Positions 1-10,100 of a stretch of 64,000 nt of DNA are shown piece by piece; the stretch's first letter is position 1; each line of letters starts with the position of its first letter. The stretch comes from an uncultured Blastocatellia bacterium. GTDB lineage: Bacteria; Acidobacteriota; Blastocatellia; HR10. Under the pieces are notes generated by a model that did no database searches, was not told where the DNA came from, and saw only the letters and a list, made by a program, of their open reading frames with translations. The stretch lies in NCBI GenBank assembly GCA_937934295.1, contig CALHAI010000004.1, forward strand, positions 58,023-122,022, read 5' to 3'. The translations under genes and the position numbers were made by a program.

Positions 1-1
1 C

Positions 2-262
2 GAGGGCGCAGTGGTGCGCCGGATTGATCCTGGGGATTTCGCCGAAGTCGTGCGCGAACCCACCTCGGATCAAGACGCGGCGGTTGTCCATCTCACGTTC
101 TATGCCGATGGGGTGGGGGTGGGAGAGGTCCTGCGCGCGGCTGTGAAGATCGCACCTCGTGGTGCGAACATTCGCATCTTCGCCTCATCTCGCGTGCGAG
201 ACCCAGATGACTTCGTCACGCTTTCGGGACCGGAAGTGGAGATCCTCTCGCGCTCGCGGTGA
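2..262 (+). CDS. hypothetical protein, 3' end (runs off the left edge)
   Basis: Frame open from window start to TGA at 262 with typical GC3-rich codons; no motif recognised. Confidence 0.55.
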   Translation, partial: EGAVVRRIDPGDFAEVVREPTSDQDAAVVHLTFYADGVGVGEVLRAAVKIAPRGANIRIFASSRVRDPDDFVTLSGPEVEILSRSR

Positions 263-301
263 TCGCTTCAGGGGTGAAATCTTCCAGCCGGACGTGATAA
301 A

Positions 302-1681
302 ATGGCTCCAATGCGTCGAGGGGATAGCAGGAGGTGCCGGCTCGTCGGGCTGGCGCTCCTTCTCGGAGGAGGCATCGGGTGGGCGTCTCAGCAACCGGCG
401 TGGCCCCCGGACCCTCCATTCCGCGAAGTGCAGGTGGAAACGCGCGTCGAGGAGTATGCGCGCCGATTGCGCACGCTCTATCGAACGGCGGAGAGCTTGG
501 CCAAGTTGGGGGACTTCGAGGAAGCGTTGCGCTATTACGATGAAGCCCTGCAGCTTCAACGTCAGCATCGGGATCGGCGCGGGATGAGCCTCACGCTCAT
601 GGCCATTGGCGACACCTATCTCTTCCGCATGGGGAAGCCCGAGCTCTCGCTCGAGGCGTATGCGCGGGCGCTGGAGCTGAAGCGCGAGATCAAGGATCGG
701 AAGGGAGAGCCCGAGGTGCTGCACCAAATGGCGTATGCCTACTATGTGATGGGGCGAACGGAGGAGGCCGAGCGCCTCTATCATCAGGTCCTCGAACTCT
801 CGCGCAAGGCGAAGAATCGGCGCGCCGAAGGCAATGCGTTGAACGGACTGGGGAATTGTCGGCTCGCACAGGGGCGGGCGCAGGAAGCGTTGGCGTTTTA
901 CGAGCAGGCGCTTCCGGTGCGGAAGAAGGCCAAGGACGGTCGCGGCGTCGCCAACACGACGTACAACATGGGCCGGGCTTACATGGCGCTCGGGCAGACG
1001 GAGCGTGCGATCGAGTACCTCACGAAGGCGCTCGCGCTGCGCCGCGAGCTGCTCGACGTGCAGGCCGAGGCCGAGACGCTGTTTGATTTGGCGCGCGCCT
1101 CCGCAGGGGAGAAACGTTTTGACGAAGCGGTGCGGCATTTTCAAGAGGCGGCACAGTTGGCGCACCGGACTCGGCGGCCACGCCTGGAAGTAATGGCATT
1201 GTATGCGGCTGGGGTGATCGAACTCGGTCGCGAGCGCGCGGAAGCGGCCATCGCGCTCTTGCGGCAAGCGCTCGAGCGCGTTCGCGGGAAGCCCGATTTT
1301 CGTCGAGAGCTGCGATTAATCTTGACGAGTCTCGGATCCGCGTACTTTCTGGCCGGGTGGTACGGCGAGGCCACGCGGATATATGGCGAGGGAGTGCGCG
1401 CGGCTCATGCCGATGGGGATCGCTTCTTGCTCGCCGAGTTGCTGTTGGGATTGGGGCAAGTGCAGGCGGCGCAGGCGAGCTACCGCCATGCCCTGGCCTG
1501 TTATTTCCAGGCGCAGCGCCTCTTGTCGGAAGCGCATTCCCCTCTGGCCCAAGCCATCGAGCGTCATGTGCGCGAGCTCCGTGAGCAGCTCGGCGAGGAA
1601 CGGTTCGCCGAGATCGCGGCTGAAGCCCGCGCGCACGGGGTGAGGCTTTTGCGCGAACTGACCGGCGTGGAGCTCTGGTGA
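302..1681 (+). CDS. secreted tetratricopeptide-repeat protein
   Basis: Signal-like N-terminus (LVGLALLLGGGIGWA) and many TPR units (AEGNALNGLGN, ALAFYEQAL, AIEYLTKAL). Confidence 0.85.
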   Translation: MAPMRRGDSRRCRLVGLALLLGGGIGWASQQPAWPPDPPFREVQVETRVEEYARRLRTLYRTAESLAKLGDFEEALRYYDEALQLQRQHRDRRGMSLTLMAIGDTYLFRMGKPELSLEAYARALELKREIKDRKGEPEVLHQMAYAYYVMGRTEEAERLYHQVLELSRKAKNRRAEGNALNGLGNCRLAQGRAQEALAFYEQALPVRKKAKDGRGVANTTYNMGRAYMALGQTERAIEYLTKALALRRELLDVQAEAETLFDLARASAGEKRFDEAVRHFQEAAQLAHRTRRPRLEVMALYAAGVIELGRERAEAAIALLRQALERVRGKPDFRRELRLILTSLGSAYFLAGWYGEATRIYGEGVRAAHADGDRFLLAELLLGLGQVQAAQASYRHALACYFQAQRLLSEAHSPLAQAIERHVRELREQLGEERFAEIAAEARAHGVRLLRELTGVELW

Positions 1682-1686
1682 CCCGC

Positions 1687-2991
1687 TCACGGCGCCACGT
1701 TTTTCACGACGACTCCCCCCTTCATGACGAAGACGACGCGCTCCAGGAGTGTGATGTCTTCCAGGGGGTTCCCCTCGACGGCGATCAGATCGGCGAACAT
1801 CCCCGGTTCGAGGGCGCCGACGCGATCCGCCCATCCGAGCAGCTCGGCCGCCCAAATCGTCGCCGAACGGATCGCCTCAAGAGGCGTCATCCCGTATTTG
1901 ACCATGTAGGTGAACTGCTTCGCATTCTCGCCATGGGGATAGACGCCGGCATCCGTCCCGAAGGCGATCTTGACGCCAGCGCGCACGGCGCGCGCGAAAT
2001 TCTCTCGTTGGAGCGGGCCGACTTGTCGCTCCTTCTCCAGCGCTTCCGGGAGCATGCCGACACGTTCGCCGTGCTGGAGGATGAACTCATGGTTGTAGAT
2101 GTCCATGACCAGATAGGTCCCTCGCTCCTTCGCTAGCTGAAGACCCTCTTCGTCAATGAGGCTCGCGTGCTCGATAGAAGCGACGCCAGCGCGGATCGCC
2201 GTTTTAATCCCCTCGGCACCGTGCGCGTGCGCGGCGACCTTTCGACCGAGCTTGTGCGCCTCCTCCACGATGGCGCGCAATTCCTCGAACGTGTACTGTT
2301 GCGTCCCCGGTTGATCTCCCTTTGAGAGGACGCCACCGGTGGCGCAGACCTTGATGAGATCCGCCCCATACTTGATCACTTCGCGGACCTTCGCGCGCGC
2401 AGCCCAAGGGCCATCGGCCACGGCTTCGGCTTTGTATCGAAATTCCGGAGCGAGCAAGTTGTTGTCGCAGTGGCCGCCGGTGATTCCCAGGGCCGGACCG
2501 GAGACCAGAAGGCGCGGTCCGGGCACATCGCCTTCGGCGATGGCATCGCGCAGGGCGACGTCCGCGTAGCCGGATGCCCCGAGATTCCGCACGGTCGTGA
2601 ATCCGGCTTGCAGCGTGCGCCATGCATTGGCCGCTCCGTGAAGCGCTTCTCGCGGCACCGAGACGCTCAGAGCGCGATACCCCGCATGTTCTGGATTGAC
2701 CGTCAGATGCACGTGCACGTCAATGAGTCCCGGCAGGACCGTCAAACGGCTGAGATCGAGAACAGGCGTCTCCTTCGGAGCACGCGCCAACAGGACGTCG
2801 GCCGGGCCCACCTCCGTGATCCGATCCCCTTCGGTGAGGATCGCATGATTCGGGAGCAGGCGCCCATGACGGACGTCCACCAGAGCACCCACTTTCACAA
2901 GGAGGCGGGTGGGGCCGGATCGCGCCCCCGCCTTCGTCGCCATCAGCAGGAGAATGGTGAGAAGTATCACGACGACTCTCGTTCGTCCCAT
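1687..2991 (-). CDS. secreted metal-dependent amidohydrolase (prolidase/Xaa-Pro dipeptidase-like)
   Basis: PGLIDVHVH, IKVCATGG, AAHAHG, IEHAS, FGTDAG motifs; start moved to MGRTRVVV (signal peptide). Confidence 0.9.
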   Translation of the reverse strand: MGRTRVVVILLTILLLMATKAGARSGPTRLLVKVGALVDVRHGRLLPNHAILTEGDRITEVGPADVLLARAPKETPVLDLSRLTVLPGLIDVHVHLTVNPEHAGYRALSVSVPREALHGAANAWRTLQAGFTTVRNLGASGYADVALRDAIAEGDVPGPRLLVSGPALGITGGHCDNNLLAPEFRYKAEAVADGPWAARAKVREVIKYGADLIKVCATGGVLSKGDQPGTQQYTFEELRAIVEEAHKLGRKVAAHAHGAEGIKTAIRAGVASIEHASLIDEEGLQLAKERGTYLVMDIYNHEFILQHGERVGMLPEALEKERQVGPLQRENFARAVRAGVKIAFGTDAGVYPHGENAKQFTYMVKYGMTPLEAIRSATIWAAELLGWADRVGALEPGMFADLIAVEGNPLEDITLLERVVFVMKGGVVVKNVAP

Positions 2992-3093
2992 CTTCGGCCT
3001 CCCCTCGCGATGATGTCCTCGGAGAGGTAGCACACCTTCGGGCGCGCTGGCAAGTGTCGGCGGTGTGCCCCGTGCGAGCCCGTCGTGCAGATA

Positions 3094-3123
3094 TTGACAG
3101 CGTGAGGCGAGGCATATTATAAG
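3094..3123 (+). promoter_or_regulatory. putative sigma70 promoter of the cytochrome bc operon
   Basis: TTGACA-N18-TATAAG. Confidence 0.5.
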
Positions 3124-3438
3124 TAATGGCCCAAGGGGCAAGGCGTGGCTGGGGGCTTCAGAATCATGCGAGGAACGAGGGCGCGGGTCTCAAGACGGCC
3201 ATCTCGGCGAGGCGAGGTTGATCTTGCGATGCGATTCGCCGCGGGGCGCTCATGTGAGCATGTGTCACCCTAATCTGCACATCTGCCGGAATCGATACCC
3301 GAGAGGGCGAGCGAACAGGCGTTTCACAACCGAGGTGCTTCTTCTTTCCCACGCGTTCCGGATTCGTGAGCGTCTTTGCGCCGTCGGCGGTGACGCGAAG
3401 GGCTCGCGCGCGGACTTCGACATTTGGGGAGAGGGACT

Positions 3439-3981
3439 ATGAAGACATCGCCACCGGCACCCATTGAGCGGGAGGCACCAGCTGCCGAGGTGGCCGGGTC
3501 CTCGTCGCTCACGGAGACGGTCAATAAGCTGCGGCGTCGCCTCGTGTGGACCTCGATCTGGGGATTTCTGGCCACCAATTTCCTCATGTTCCTGCGCTTC
3601 TTCTTCCCCAGGGCGCTCTTTGAGCCAAGCCCGGTCTTTCGGATCGGCTATCCGTCGGATTTCAGCTTAGGTGTGGACACGCGCTTTCAAGATCAATATC
3701 GCATCTGGGTGGTGCGCACGACCGATCGGCTCTTTGTGATCTACGCCCGGTGCACGCACTTGGGATGCACGCCCCTGTGGAGTCCGAGCGAGAACAAGTT
3801 CAAATGCCCGTGTCACGGCAGCGGCTACGACATGGAAGGGATCAACTTCGAAGGGCCGGCGCCGCGCCCGATGGATCGGGCGAAGGTCGAGCTGGATGCT
3901 GAGGGGCAGATCGTCGTGGATGTGAGCCGGCTCTACACCTCCAAGGAGTTTAACGAGCCCGGCGCCTACATCCCTCTGTGA
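3439..3981 (+). CDS. qcrA: Rieske 2Fe-2S subunit of cytochrome bc complex
   Basis: CTHLGC and CPCHGS motifs, RR plus TM anchor, GPAPRP. Confidence 0.93.
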   Translation: MKTSPPAPIEREAPAAEVAGSSSLTETVNKLRRRLVWTSIWGFLATNFLMFLRFFFPRALFEPSPVFRIGYPSDFSLGVDTRFQDQYRIWVVRTTDRLFVIYARCTHLGCTPLWSPSENKFKCPCHGSGYDMEGINFEGPAPRPMDRAKVELDAEGQIVVDVSRLYTSKEFNEPGAYIPL

Positions 3982-4027
3982 GCGCGCGGGTCATGGCGCG
4001 CGCCATCTCTTTTCTGGGAGGATCACT

Positions 4028-4936
4028 ATGGACCGCGAGAAGGAGGGGCGAGGCGGCGTTGGGGTCCTGGAGCGCGTTCGAGAGGAGAGCGAACAGCTCA
4101 GGATGCGGCTTAAGGAAGAGCTCGAGGGGTTGAAGCAGGATCTCAAGGAGCCGCAACGCACACAACTTTGGAGATCTATCTTTCGCGTCCCGCATGAGCG
4201 CACGACGCCGCGCAATCGCACGCTCGCCGTTTTGGCCAACGTCTTCCTGCACCTGCACCCGGCGCGCATCAATCGCGATGCCGTCCGCTATAGCTATACG
4301 TGGGGTATGGGGGGCATCTCCTTCTACCTCTTCATCGTGCTCACGTTCACGGGTGTCCTACTCATGTTCTACTACCATCCGACGAAGGTGCAGGCGTTCC
4401 GGGACATCCTCTATCTGGAACACGATGTGCCGTTTGGGCGGTTGCTGCGCAACATGCATCGCTGGGCGGCGCATCTGATGGTCATCACGGTGTGGCTGCA
4501 TATGTTCCGCGTCGTGCTCACGGGGTCGTACAAGCGACCGCGCGAGTTCAATTGGTGCGTGGGGGTGATCCTGCTGGTCTTGACGCTACTGTTGAGCTTC
4601 ACGGGATATCTTCTGCCGGACGATCAACTGGGGTTTTGGGCGGTGACCGTTGGGACGAACATGGCGCGCGCGACGCCACTCATCGGACACGAGGGGCCGT
4701 TCGGGCCACAGTTGGGGATGACGCCCTACAATGACGTGCGCTTTGCGTTGCTCGGCGGTTCGATCGTGGACTCGAATGCGCTCTTGCGGGCCTACATCTG
4801 GCATTGCATCGCGCTGCCGCTTTTGGCGGCCATCTTCATGGGCGTGCACTTCTGGCGTGTTCGGAAAGATGGGGGGATTTCGGGGCCGGCCCCGGTGATG
4901 TTGGAGTCGGAGATGAAGCCGGTGCGGAAGGTCTGA
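4028..4936 (+). CDS. qcrB: cytochrome b (b6-like N-terminal subunit)
   Basis: RNMHRWAAH...LHMFR, PREFNW, FTGYLLP, H-x14-H heme ligands. Confidence 0.93.
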   Translation: MDREKEGRGGVGVLERVREESEQLRMRLKEELEGLKQDLKEPQRTQLWRSIFRVPHERTTPRNRTLAVLANVFLHLHPARINRDAVRYSYTWGMGGISFYLFIVLTFTGVLLMFYYHPTKVQAFRDILYLEHDVPFGRLLRNMHRWAAHLMVITVWLHMFRVVLTGSYKRPREFNWCVGVILLVLTLLLSFTGYLLPDDQLGFWAVTVGTNMARATPLIGHEGPFGPQLGMTPYNDVRFALLGGSIVDSNALLRAYIWHCIALPLLAAIFMGVHFWRVRKDGGISGPAPVMLESEMKPVRKV

Positions 4937-4966
4937 TCCGCTGAGGCCCATCGCGGAGGGGGGGAT

Positions 4967-5902
4967 ATGGATTGGTATCAGCTCTGGCAGATTATTTCGG
5001 CGCCCGATAACGTCCCGATCGTCGGGTTGCTCGTCATCGTCCCATTTTACACCTGGTATGGATTGCGGCAAGCTCGGGCGAACGATCGGCTCATTCAGGA
5101 GCTGGAGGCGAATCCCGAGCTGGCCAAGACGCACCATCGCAAGACGTTCCCGTATCGGCCCGGCTGGCCGACGGAAGTCCACGTCTGGCCCTATCTCCTG
5201 CGCATCGAGTTCCTGGCGGCGATCATCGTGACGGCGCTGCTGATGGTGTGGTCGCTCACGCTTGACGCGCCGCTGGAGGAGCCGGCGAATCCGAACCTGA
5301 CGCCGAATCCCTCGAAGGCGCCGTGGTATTTCGTCGGCCTGCAGGAGATGCTCGTCTATTTCGATCCCTGGTTCGCCGGCGTCGTGCTGCCGACGCTCAT
5401 CATCATCGGACTCATGGCCTTTCCCTATGTGGACGCGAATCCGTTGGGGAACGGCTACTACACGTGGCGACAGCGGACGGTCGCCATCGGGTCGTTCCTG
5501 ATCGGCTTCTATCTCTGGATCGCGCTGATCATTGTGGGCACGCTGATGCGGGGGCCGGGTTGGATGCTCTTTTGGCCGGGGCAGACGTGGGATCACACGC
5601 GCTTGGTCTATGAGGTGAATCGAAATTTGCCGGATCTTTTCGGGATCACGAGTGATTGGGGGAAGGGGATCTTCGGCCTCTTCGCCGTCGTGCTCTTTTA
5701 TCTGGCCGCCGGCTTTGGGCTTCACAAATTGGTGACGCGCTCGCCGCTTAATCGCAAGATCTATGAGCGGACGAGCCTCGTGCAATATCTCATCTTTCAA
5801 TTCTTCGCCATCACGATCCTGGTTGGCCTTCCGGCGAAGATCCTGCTGCGGCTTCTGTTTCGCATCAAGTATGTGTGGATCACGCCCTGGTTCAATATCT
5901 GA
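4967..5902 (+). CDS. cytochrome bc complex subunit IV-like (cytochrome b C-terminal part)
   Basis: PLEEPANPNLTPNPSKAPWYF (PEWY-equivalent), multiple TM helices. Confidence 0.85.
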   Translation: MDWYQLWQIISAPDNVPIVGLLVIVPFYTWYGLRQARANDRLIQELEANPELAKTHHRKTFPYRPGWPTEVHVWPYLLRIEFLAAIIVTALLMVWSLTLDAPLEEPANPNLTPNPSKAPWYFVGLQEMLVYFDPWFAGVVLPTLIIIGLMAFPYVDANPLGNGYYTWRQRTVAIGSFLIGFYLWIALIIVGTLMRGPGWMLFWPGQTWDHTRLVYEVNRNLPDLFGITSDWGKGIFGLFAVVLFYLAAGFGLHKLVTRSPLNRKIYERTSLVQYLIFQFFAITILVGLPAKILLRLLFRIKYVWITPWFNI

Positions 5903-5925
5903 TGGCGAGCGGAGGGGAAAGCGCC

Positions 5926-8900
5926 ATGGAGCGGGAGGTCCTCGAGCTGGAGAATCGGGCGGGTCTTGAGGAGCCTGATCCGATCACGAATCGCTCGATG
6001 AGCGGTCCACTCTTGATTGCCTCGCTGGTGCTCGTGGGCACGCTCATCTGGGCGCTCTATGATGAGGTCTATGGGCGGCGCCCGTGGAGGGCGATGCAGC
6101 GGGAGTTCGTCGAACGCTACACAGCCTATTTGAAGCGGGTCAGGCCGCGACAGGTGGCGACCGAGGCCGCGCTCCAGCAATCGCCCGAGTACCGGAAGCT
6201 GGAGCAAGAGTTGAGGGCCGCGCGCCAAGCCGTCGCCCCGCGCGTGCAAGAGATCGACCGAGAACTGGCTGAGATCGAGCGGCAGCTCGAGGCCATTCGG
6301 CCGGCCTTTCAGGACGCGCGAGCGAAGATTGGAGCTCTGACCTATGAATGGGAGGTAGCCGGCAGCGAGCGCGCCAAGGCGCGAAAGATGCGCGAGATCG
6401 AGAAAGCCAAGCGCGGTCCGTTCCGCGTGCGCCTGATCGCCGCCGATGGGGAAGGGAAGAGCGAGGAGTGGCGCTTGACCTTCGAGGAGTTGCAGCGCCG
6501 ATTCCTGACCCTGCAGGAACGCAAAGCGCAATTGGTCTCCGAACGTGCCCGCTTGTTGGAGCCGGTCACGGAGATCGAGAAGAAGATGAATCAGTACCTG
6601 CAGGATAACCTCGTCGGGCTCGATCAGAAGCAGATCGACGGCCTGCTCCGTAAGATGGAGACGTTCAAGATCGAGCTGAAGCAAATCCACGTTCCGGAGG
6701 GGGATCTCGTTGACCGCTGCATCTCTTGCCACGTGGGGATCTTGGAACCGGTGCCGCTGACGGAGCAGATCATGGGGCGAAAGGCCTTCGTCAGCCATCC
6801 GAATCCCGCGCTGCTACGGATTCATAACCCCGAGCGGTTCGGGTGCTCGCCCTGCCACGGTGGAAATGGGCGCGCGACGACGAGCGTCGTGAAGGCGCAT
6901 GGATTGAACAAGCATTGGCTGTGGCCGCTCTATCGACCGGAGAATTACGAGGCCGGTTGTGTACAATGTCATTTCCGCGATCGCGTCCTGGAGGGGGCAG
7001 AGGTCTTCAATCTCGGGCGTGATCTCTACGAGCTGAAGGGGTGCGTCGGCTGCCATCGCTATGAGGGGTACGATCACGAGACCGAGGCGCTCATCGAGAC
7101 TCGCAAGACGATTCGCCAATTGAATCTGGAGCGCGCGGAGAATGAGCGGGAGATTCGGCGGGCGCTGCGCGCCGCTGATCAAGCGACGGATGATCGCGAG
7201 GCGCAGCGCCTGTATGCCTTGGCCGAGACCTTGCGCGTCAAGAACAGCCAGATCGCCGATCGGTTGGAGCAACTGGAGCTGCAGGCGAAATACCTCATGC
7301 AAGACCAGAAGAAAGTCGGACCGAACCTGAAGGAGATTCGCTTGAAGTTGCGCAAGGAGTGGATTCCCGTCTGGATCGAAAATCCGCATGCCTTCCGACC
7401 GACGACGAAGATGCCGCGCTTCCGATTGAGCCGGGAGGAGGTGCAAGCGATCTCGGCTTATCTCTGGCAGACGGCCTTGCGCGATCCGCTGCCGGCGCAG
7501 CCGCCGGGCGATCCTATTCGCGGACGCGAGTTGTTTGAGACGCGCGGCTGCCTGGCCTGCCACGCCATCGGTGAGGGCGCACAAGCCATTGGTGGGACGT
7601 TCGCGGCCAATCTCTCGCGCGTGGGCGAGAAGGTCAACTACGACTATCTGGTCCGCTGGATTCACAATCCGCGTGAACGCGCGCGTCCCTATTGCCCGAA
7701 CGAACGACGGGACATCGGACCAGAGGAGTATGCGAAGAAGGGACTGCCGTTCCGCTTCGACCTCGACCACTCGAGGTGCCCAAGCTGCGGTTCTGAGATG
7801 CAGGTTCAGCAGATGACCGTCATGCCGAGCCTGCGCCTCTCTTGGCAAGAGGCGCGCGACATCGCCAGTTTCTTGATCACGCAGCGGCGTCCGGGGACAT
7901 CCTATCCCCCCGCACCTTTCCTGGATGACCCCAAGCTGAAGACGCGCGGGGCGCAGCTCATCCGCCGATACGGATGCGCCGGCTGCCATGAGATCAGTGG
8001 GTTTGAGGAGGAGCCGAAGATCGGCACGGAGCTGACCCGCGAGGGGAGCAAGCCGATCGAGCAGTTGGACTTCGGGCTTTTGGCGCGCGAAGCGAAGCGC
8101 CAGGGCTGGTACAACCACAAGGGCTTCATCGAGAACAAGCTCCGGAGCCCGGACATCTACGATCGCGGCAAGCTGAAGGCTCCCGAAGATCGGCTTCGCA
8201 TGCCGAATCCGAACCTCACCGAGGAAGAGATTCGGGCGCTGACGACGTTCCTGATCGGGAGCGTGAACGCGACGCTGCCGCCCAGTTATTACTACACGCC
8301 CAACGATCAGCGGAAGGACATTCAGGAGGGGTGGTGGATCATTAAGAAATACAATTGCATGGGCTGCCATACGATTATGCCCGGACAGCGCTCGGTCCTG
8401 AGCACGCTTCCTCGGTATCAAGACCCGGATTGGAAGGACCAATTGCCGCCGAGCTTGATCGGTGAGGGGGCGCGCGTGCGTCCGGATTGGCTGGCGCGAT
8501 TCCTGGAGAATCCGGCGCTCAGCGAAGCGAATCTGGAGCGCAATGGTGTGCGCGAGTATTTGAAGGTCCGCATGCCAACGTTCTACTTCTCGCCGAATGA
8601 AATCCGCATCCTCGTGCGCTTCTTCGAGGCGTTGTCGGCGCAGGCGCAGCCGTATATCGAGCCGAAGCTGGAACCGATCACCGAGGTGGAACGCGCGCTG
8701 GCCCGGCAACTCTTCACCTCTCCGGCCGCTCCGTGCCTCCGATGCCACATGACGGGCGATCCGGCGCACGATCAGAAGGCGACGGCGCCCAACTTCTTGA
8801 TCGCGCGCGAACGCTTGAAGCCCGGGTGGACGGCTCGATGGATGATTGATCCGCAAGCGATCAGTCCGGGGACGGCCATGCCTTCCGGGCTCTTTCGCCG

Positions 8901-9114
8901 TGAAGGGGGCCGCTGGGTCTTCGCCGGACCCGTGCCGGAAGCGTTCAAGACCTATCCGGGCGATCACGTGGATCTGCTCATCCGCTACATGTTCCAATTG
9001 ACGGCTGAAGAACAGCGACGCCTGCTGGCGGGCACGCGAGCCGCATTGCGCACGCGTTCGCCGGACATGCGCATGGCCGCCGAGCGCCCGCGGGATCGAA
9101 GAGGGGGAACGTGA
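5926..9114 (+). CDS. membrane-anchored multiheme (8x CxxCH) cytochrome c
   Basis: CISCH, CSPCH, CVQCH, CVGCH, CLACH, CAGCH, CMGCH, CLRCH; N-terminal TM; GPxL...MP monoheme-type domains. Confidence 0.92.
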   Translation: MEREVLELENRAGLEEPDPITNRSMSGPLLIASLVLVGTLIWALYDEVYGRRPWRAMQREFVERYTAYLKRVRPRQVATEAALQQSPEYRKLEQELRAARQAVAPRVQEIDRELAEIERQLEAIRPAFQDARAKIGALTYEWEVAGSERAKARKMREIEKAKRGPFRVRLIAADGEGKSEEWRLTFEELQRRFLTLQERKAQLVSERARLLEPVTEIEKKMNQYLQDNLVGLDQKQIDGLLRKMETFKIELKQIHVPEGDLVDRCISCHVGILEPVPLTEQIMGRKAFVSHPNPALLRIHNPERFGCSPCHGGNGRATTSVVKAHGLNKHWLWPLYRPENYEAGCVQCHFRDRVLEGAEVFNLGRDLYELKGCVGCHRYEGYDHETEALIETRKTIRQLNLERAENEREIRRALRAADQATDDREAQRLYALAETLRVKNSQIADRLEQLELQAKYLMQDQKKVGPNLKEIRLKLRKEWIPVWIENPHAFRPTTKMPRFRLSREEVQAISAYLWQTALRDPLPAQPPGDPIRGRELFETRGCLACHAIGEGAQAIGGTFAANLSRVGEKVNYDYLVRWIHNPRERARPYCPNERRDIGPEEYAKKGLPFRFDLDHSRCPSCGSEMQVQQMTVMPSLRLSWQEARDIASFLITQRRPGTSYPPAPFLDDPKLKTRGAQLIRRYGCAGCHEISGFEEEPKIGTELTREGSKPIEQLDFGLLAREAKRQGWYNHKGFIENKLRSPDIYDRGKLKAPEDRLRMPNPNLTEEEIRALTTFLIGSVNATLPPSYYYTPNDQRKDIQEGWWIIKKYNCMGCHTIMPGQRSVLSTLPRYQDPDWKDQLPPSLIGEGARVRPDWLARFLENPALSEANLERNGVREYLKVRMPTFYFSPNEIRILVRFFEALSAQAQPYIEPKLEPITEVERALARQLFTSPAAPCLRCHMTGDPAHDQKATAPNFLIARERLKPGWTARWMIDPQAISPGTAMPSGLFRREGGRWVFAGPVPEAFKTYPGDHVDLLIRYMFQLTAEEQRRLLAGTRAALRTRSPDMRMAAERPRDRRGGT

Positions 9115-9148
9115 GGCTCTCATCCTACAAATCTGGGAGGAGGTCACT

Positions 9149-10012
9149 ATGAGAATCTGGAAGTCGCCTTTGGTGTTGGTTCTCACACTTGCGGCACTCA
9201 GCCTTCAGTGTGGGAAAAAGGAAGAAGTCGGAGAGGCGCCCAAGGAAGAGGGAGCCGCGCCCACCATCGCCTATCAGCCGACTGGCGATGAGGGGACGAT
9301 CACTGGCGTCGTGAACTTTACGGGACAGCCGCCGCAACGGCGTCGGATCCAAATGGATGCCGATCCGGTCTGCGCCCAGAAGAATCCGAACGCGCTGTCC
9401 GAAGATGTCCTCGTCAATAATGGGAAGCTGCAGAACGTCTTCGTCTACGTCAAGAGCGGGTTGGAAAAATATTCGTTCTCCGTGCCCTCGGAGGAGCAGG
9501 TGCTCGATCAGAACGGATGCATGTATCGTCCGCGCGTGCTGGGCCTCATGGCCGGGCAGAATCTGAAAATCACCACGAGCGATCCGACCAATCACAATAT
9601 CCATCCGACGCCGAAGAACAATCCCGAGTGGAACGTTAATCAACCGCCGGGATCGGAGCCGATCATCCGCTCCTTCCCGCGCCCAGAGGTGATGATCCCG
9701 GTCAAGTGCAATCAGCATCCGTGGATGCGAAGCTACATCGGCGTCTTGCGCCATCCCTTCCACGCCGTGAGCCGAGAGGATGGGAGCTTCGAGATCAGAG
9801 GCCTCCCACCGGGCGAATACGAGATCGAAGCCTGGCACGAGCGATACGGCGCGCAGGTGGCGAAGGTGACCGTGGGCGTGAAGGAGACGAAATCCATCGA
9901 ATTCACCTATGCGGCCGGACAGGCCTATCGTCCGGGATCGCTGCGCTTGATGCCGGCGCTCGTGCTGCCGTGCTGCGAGAGGGGGACGACGCGCGCGGTG
10001 GCTATGCACTGA
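9149..10012 (+). CDS. lipoprotein with cupredoxin-like and carboxypeptidase-regulatory-like domains
   Basis: Lipobox-like LSLQC; HNIH and CNQHPWM; DGSFEIRGLPPGEYEIEAWHE. Confidence 0.8.
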   Translation: MRIWKSPLVLVLTLAALSLQCGKKEEVGEAPKEEGAAPTIAYQPTGDEGTITGVVNFTGQPPQRRRIQMDADPVCAQKNPNALSEDVLVNNGKLQNVFVYVKSGLEKYSFSVPSEEQVLDQNGCMYRPRVLGLMAGQNLKITTSDPTNHNIHPTPKNNPEWNVNQPPGSEPIIRSFPRPEVMIPVKCNQHPWMRSYIGVLRHPFHAVSREDGSFEIRGLPPGEYEIEAWHERYGAQVAKVTVGVKETKSIEFTYAAGQAYRPGSLRLMPALVLPCCERGTTRAVAMH

Positions 10013-10019
10013 GGCAAAG

Positions 10020-10052
10020 GGGGAGAGAGTCGAGAGCCTCGGATCTCTCCCC
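10020..10052 (+). terminator. intergenic stem-loop (terminator or mRNA stabiliser)
   Basis: GGGGAGAGA/TCTCTCCCC arms with inner TCGAG/CTCGG pairing; no U-tract. Confidence 0.4.
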
Positions 10053-10100
10053 AAGCCGCGAACGCGGCATCAGGCTTTCGTTCGGTGTATTGAGTCGTGT

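Noticed and set aside
3253-3330. CRP- or Rex-like boxes (TGTGA...TCAC, TTTCACAA) in the bc-operon leader
   Set aside because: Wrong spacing or half-sites only
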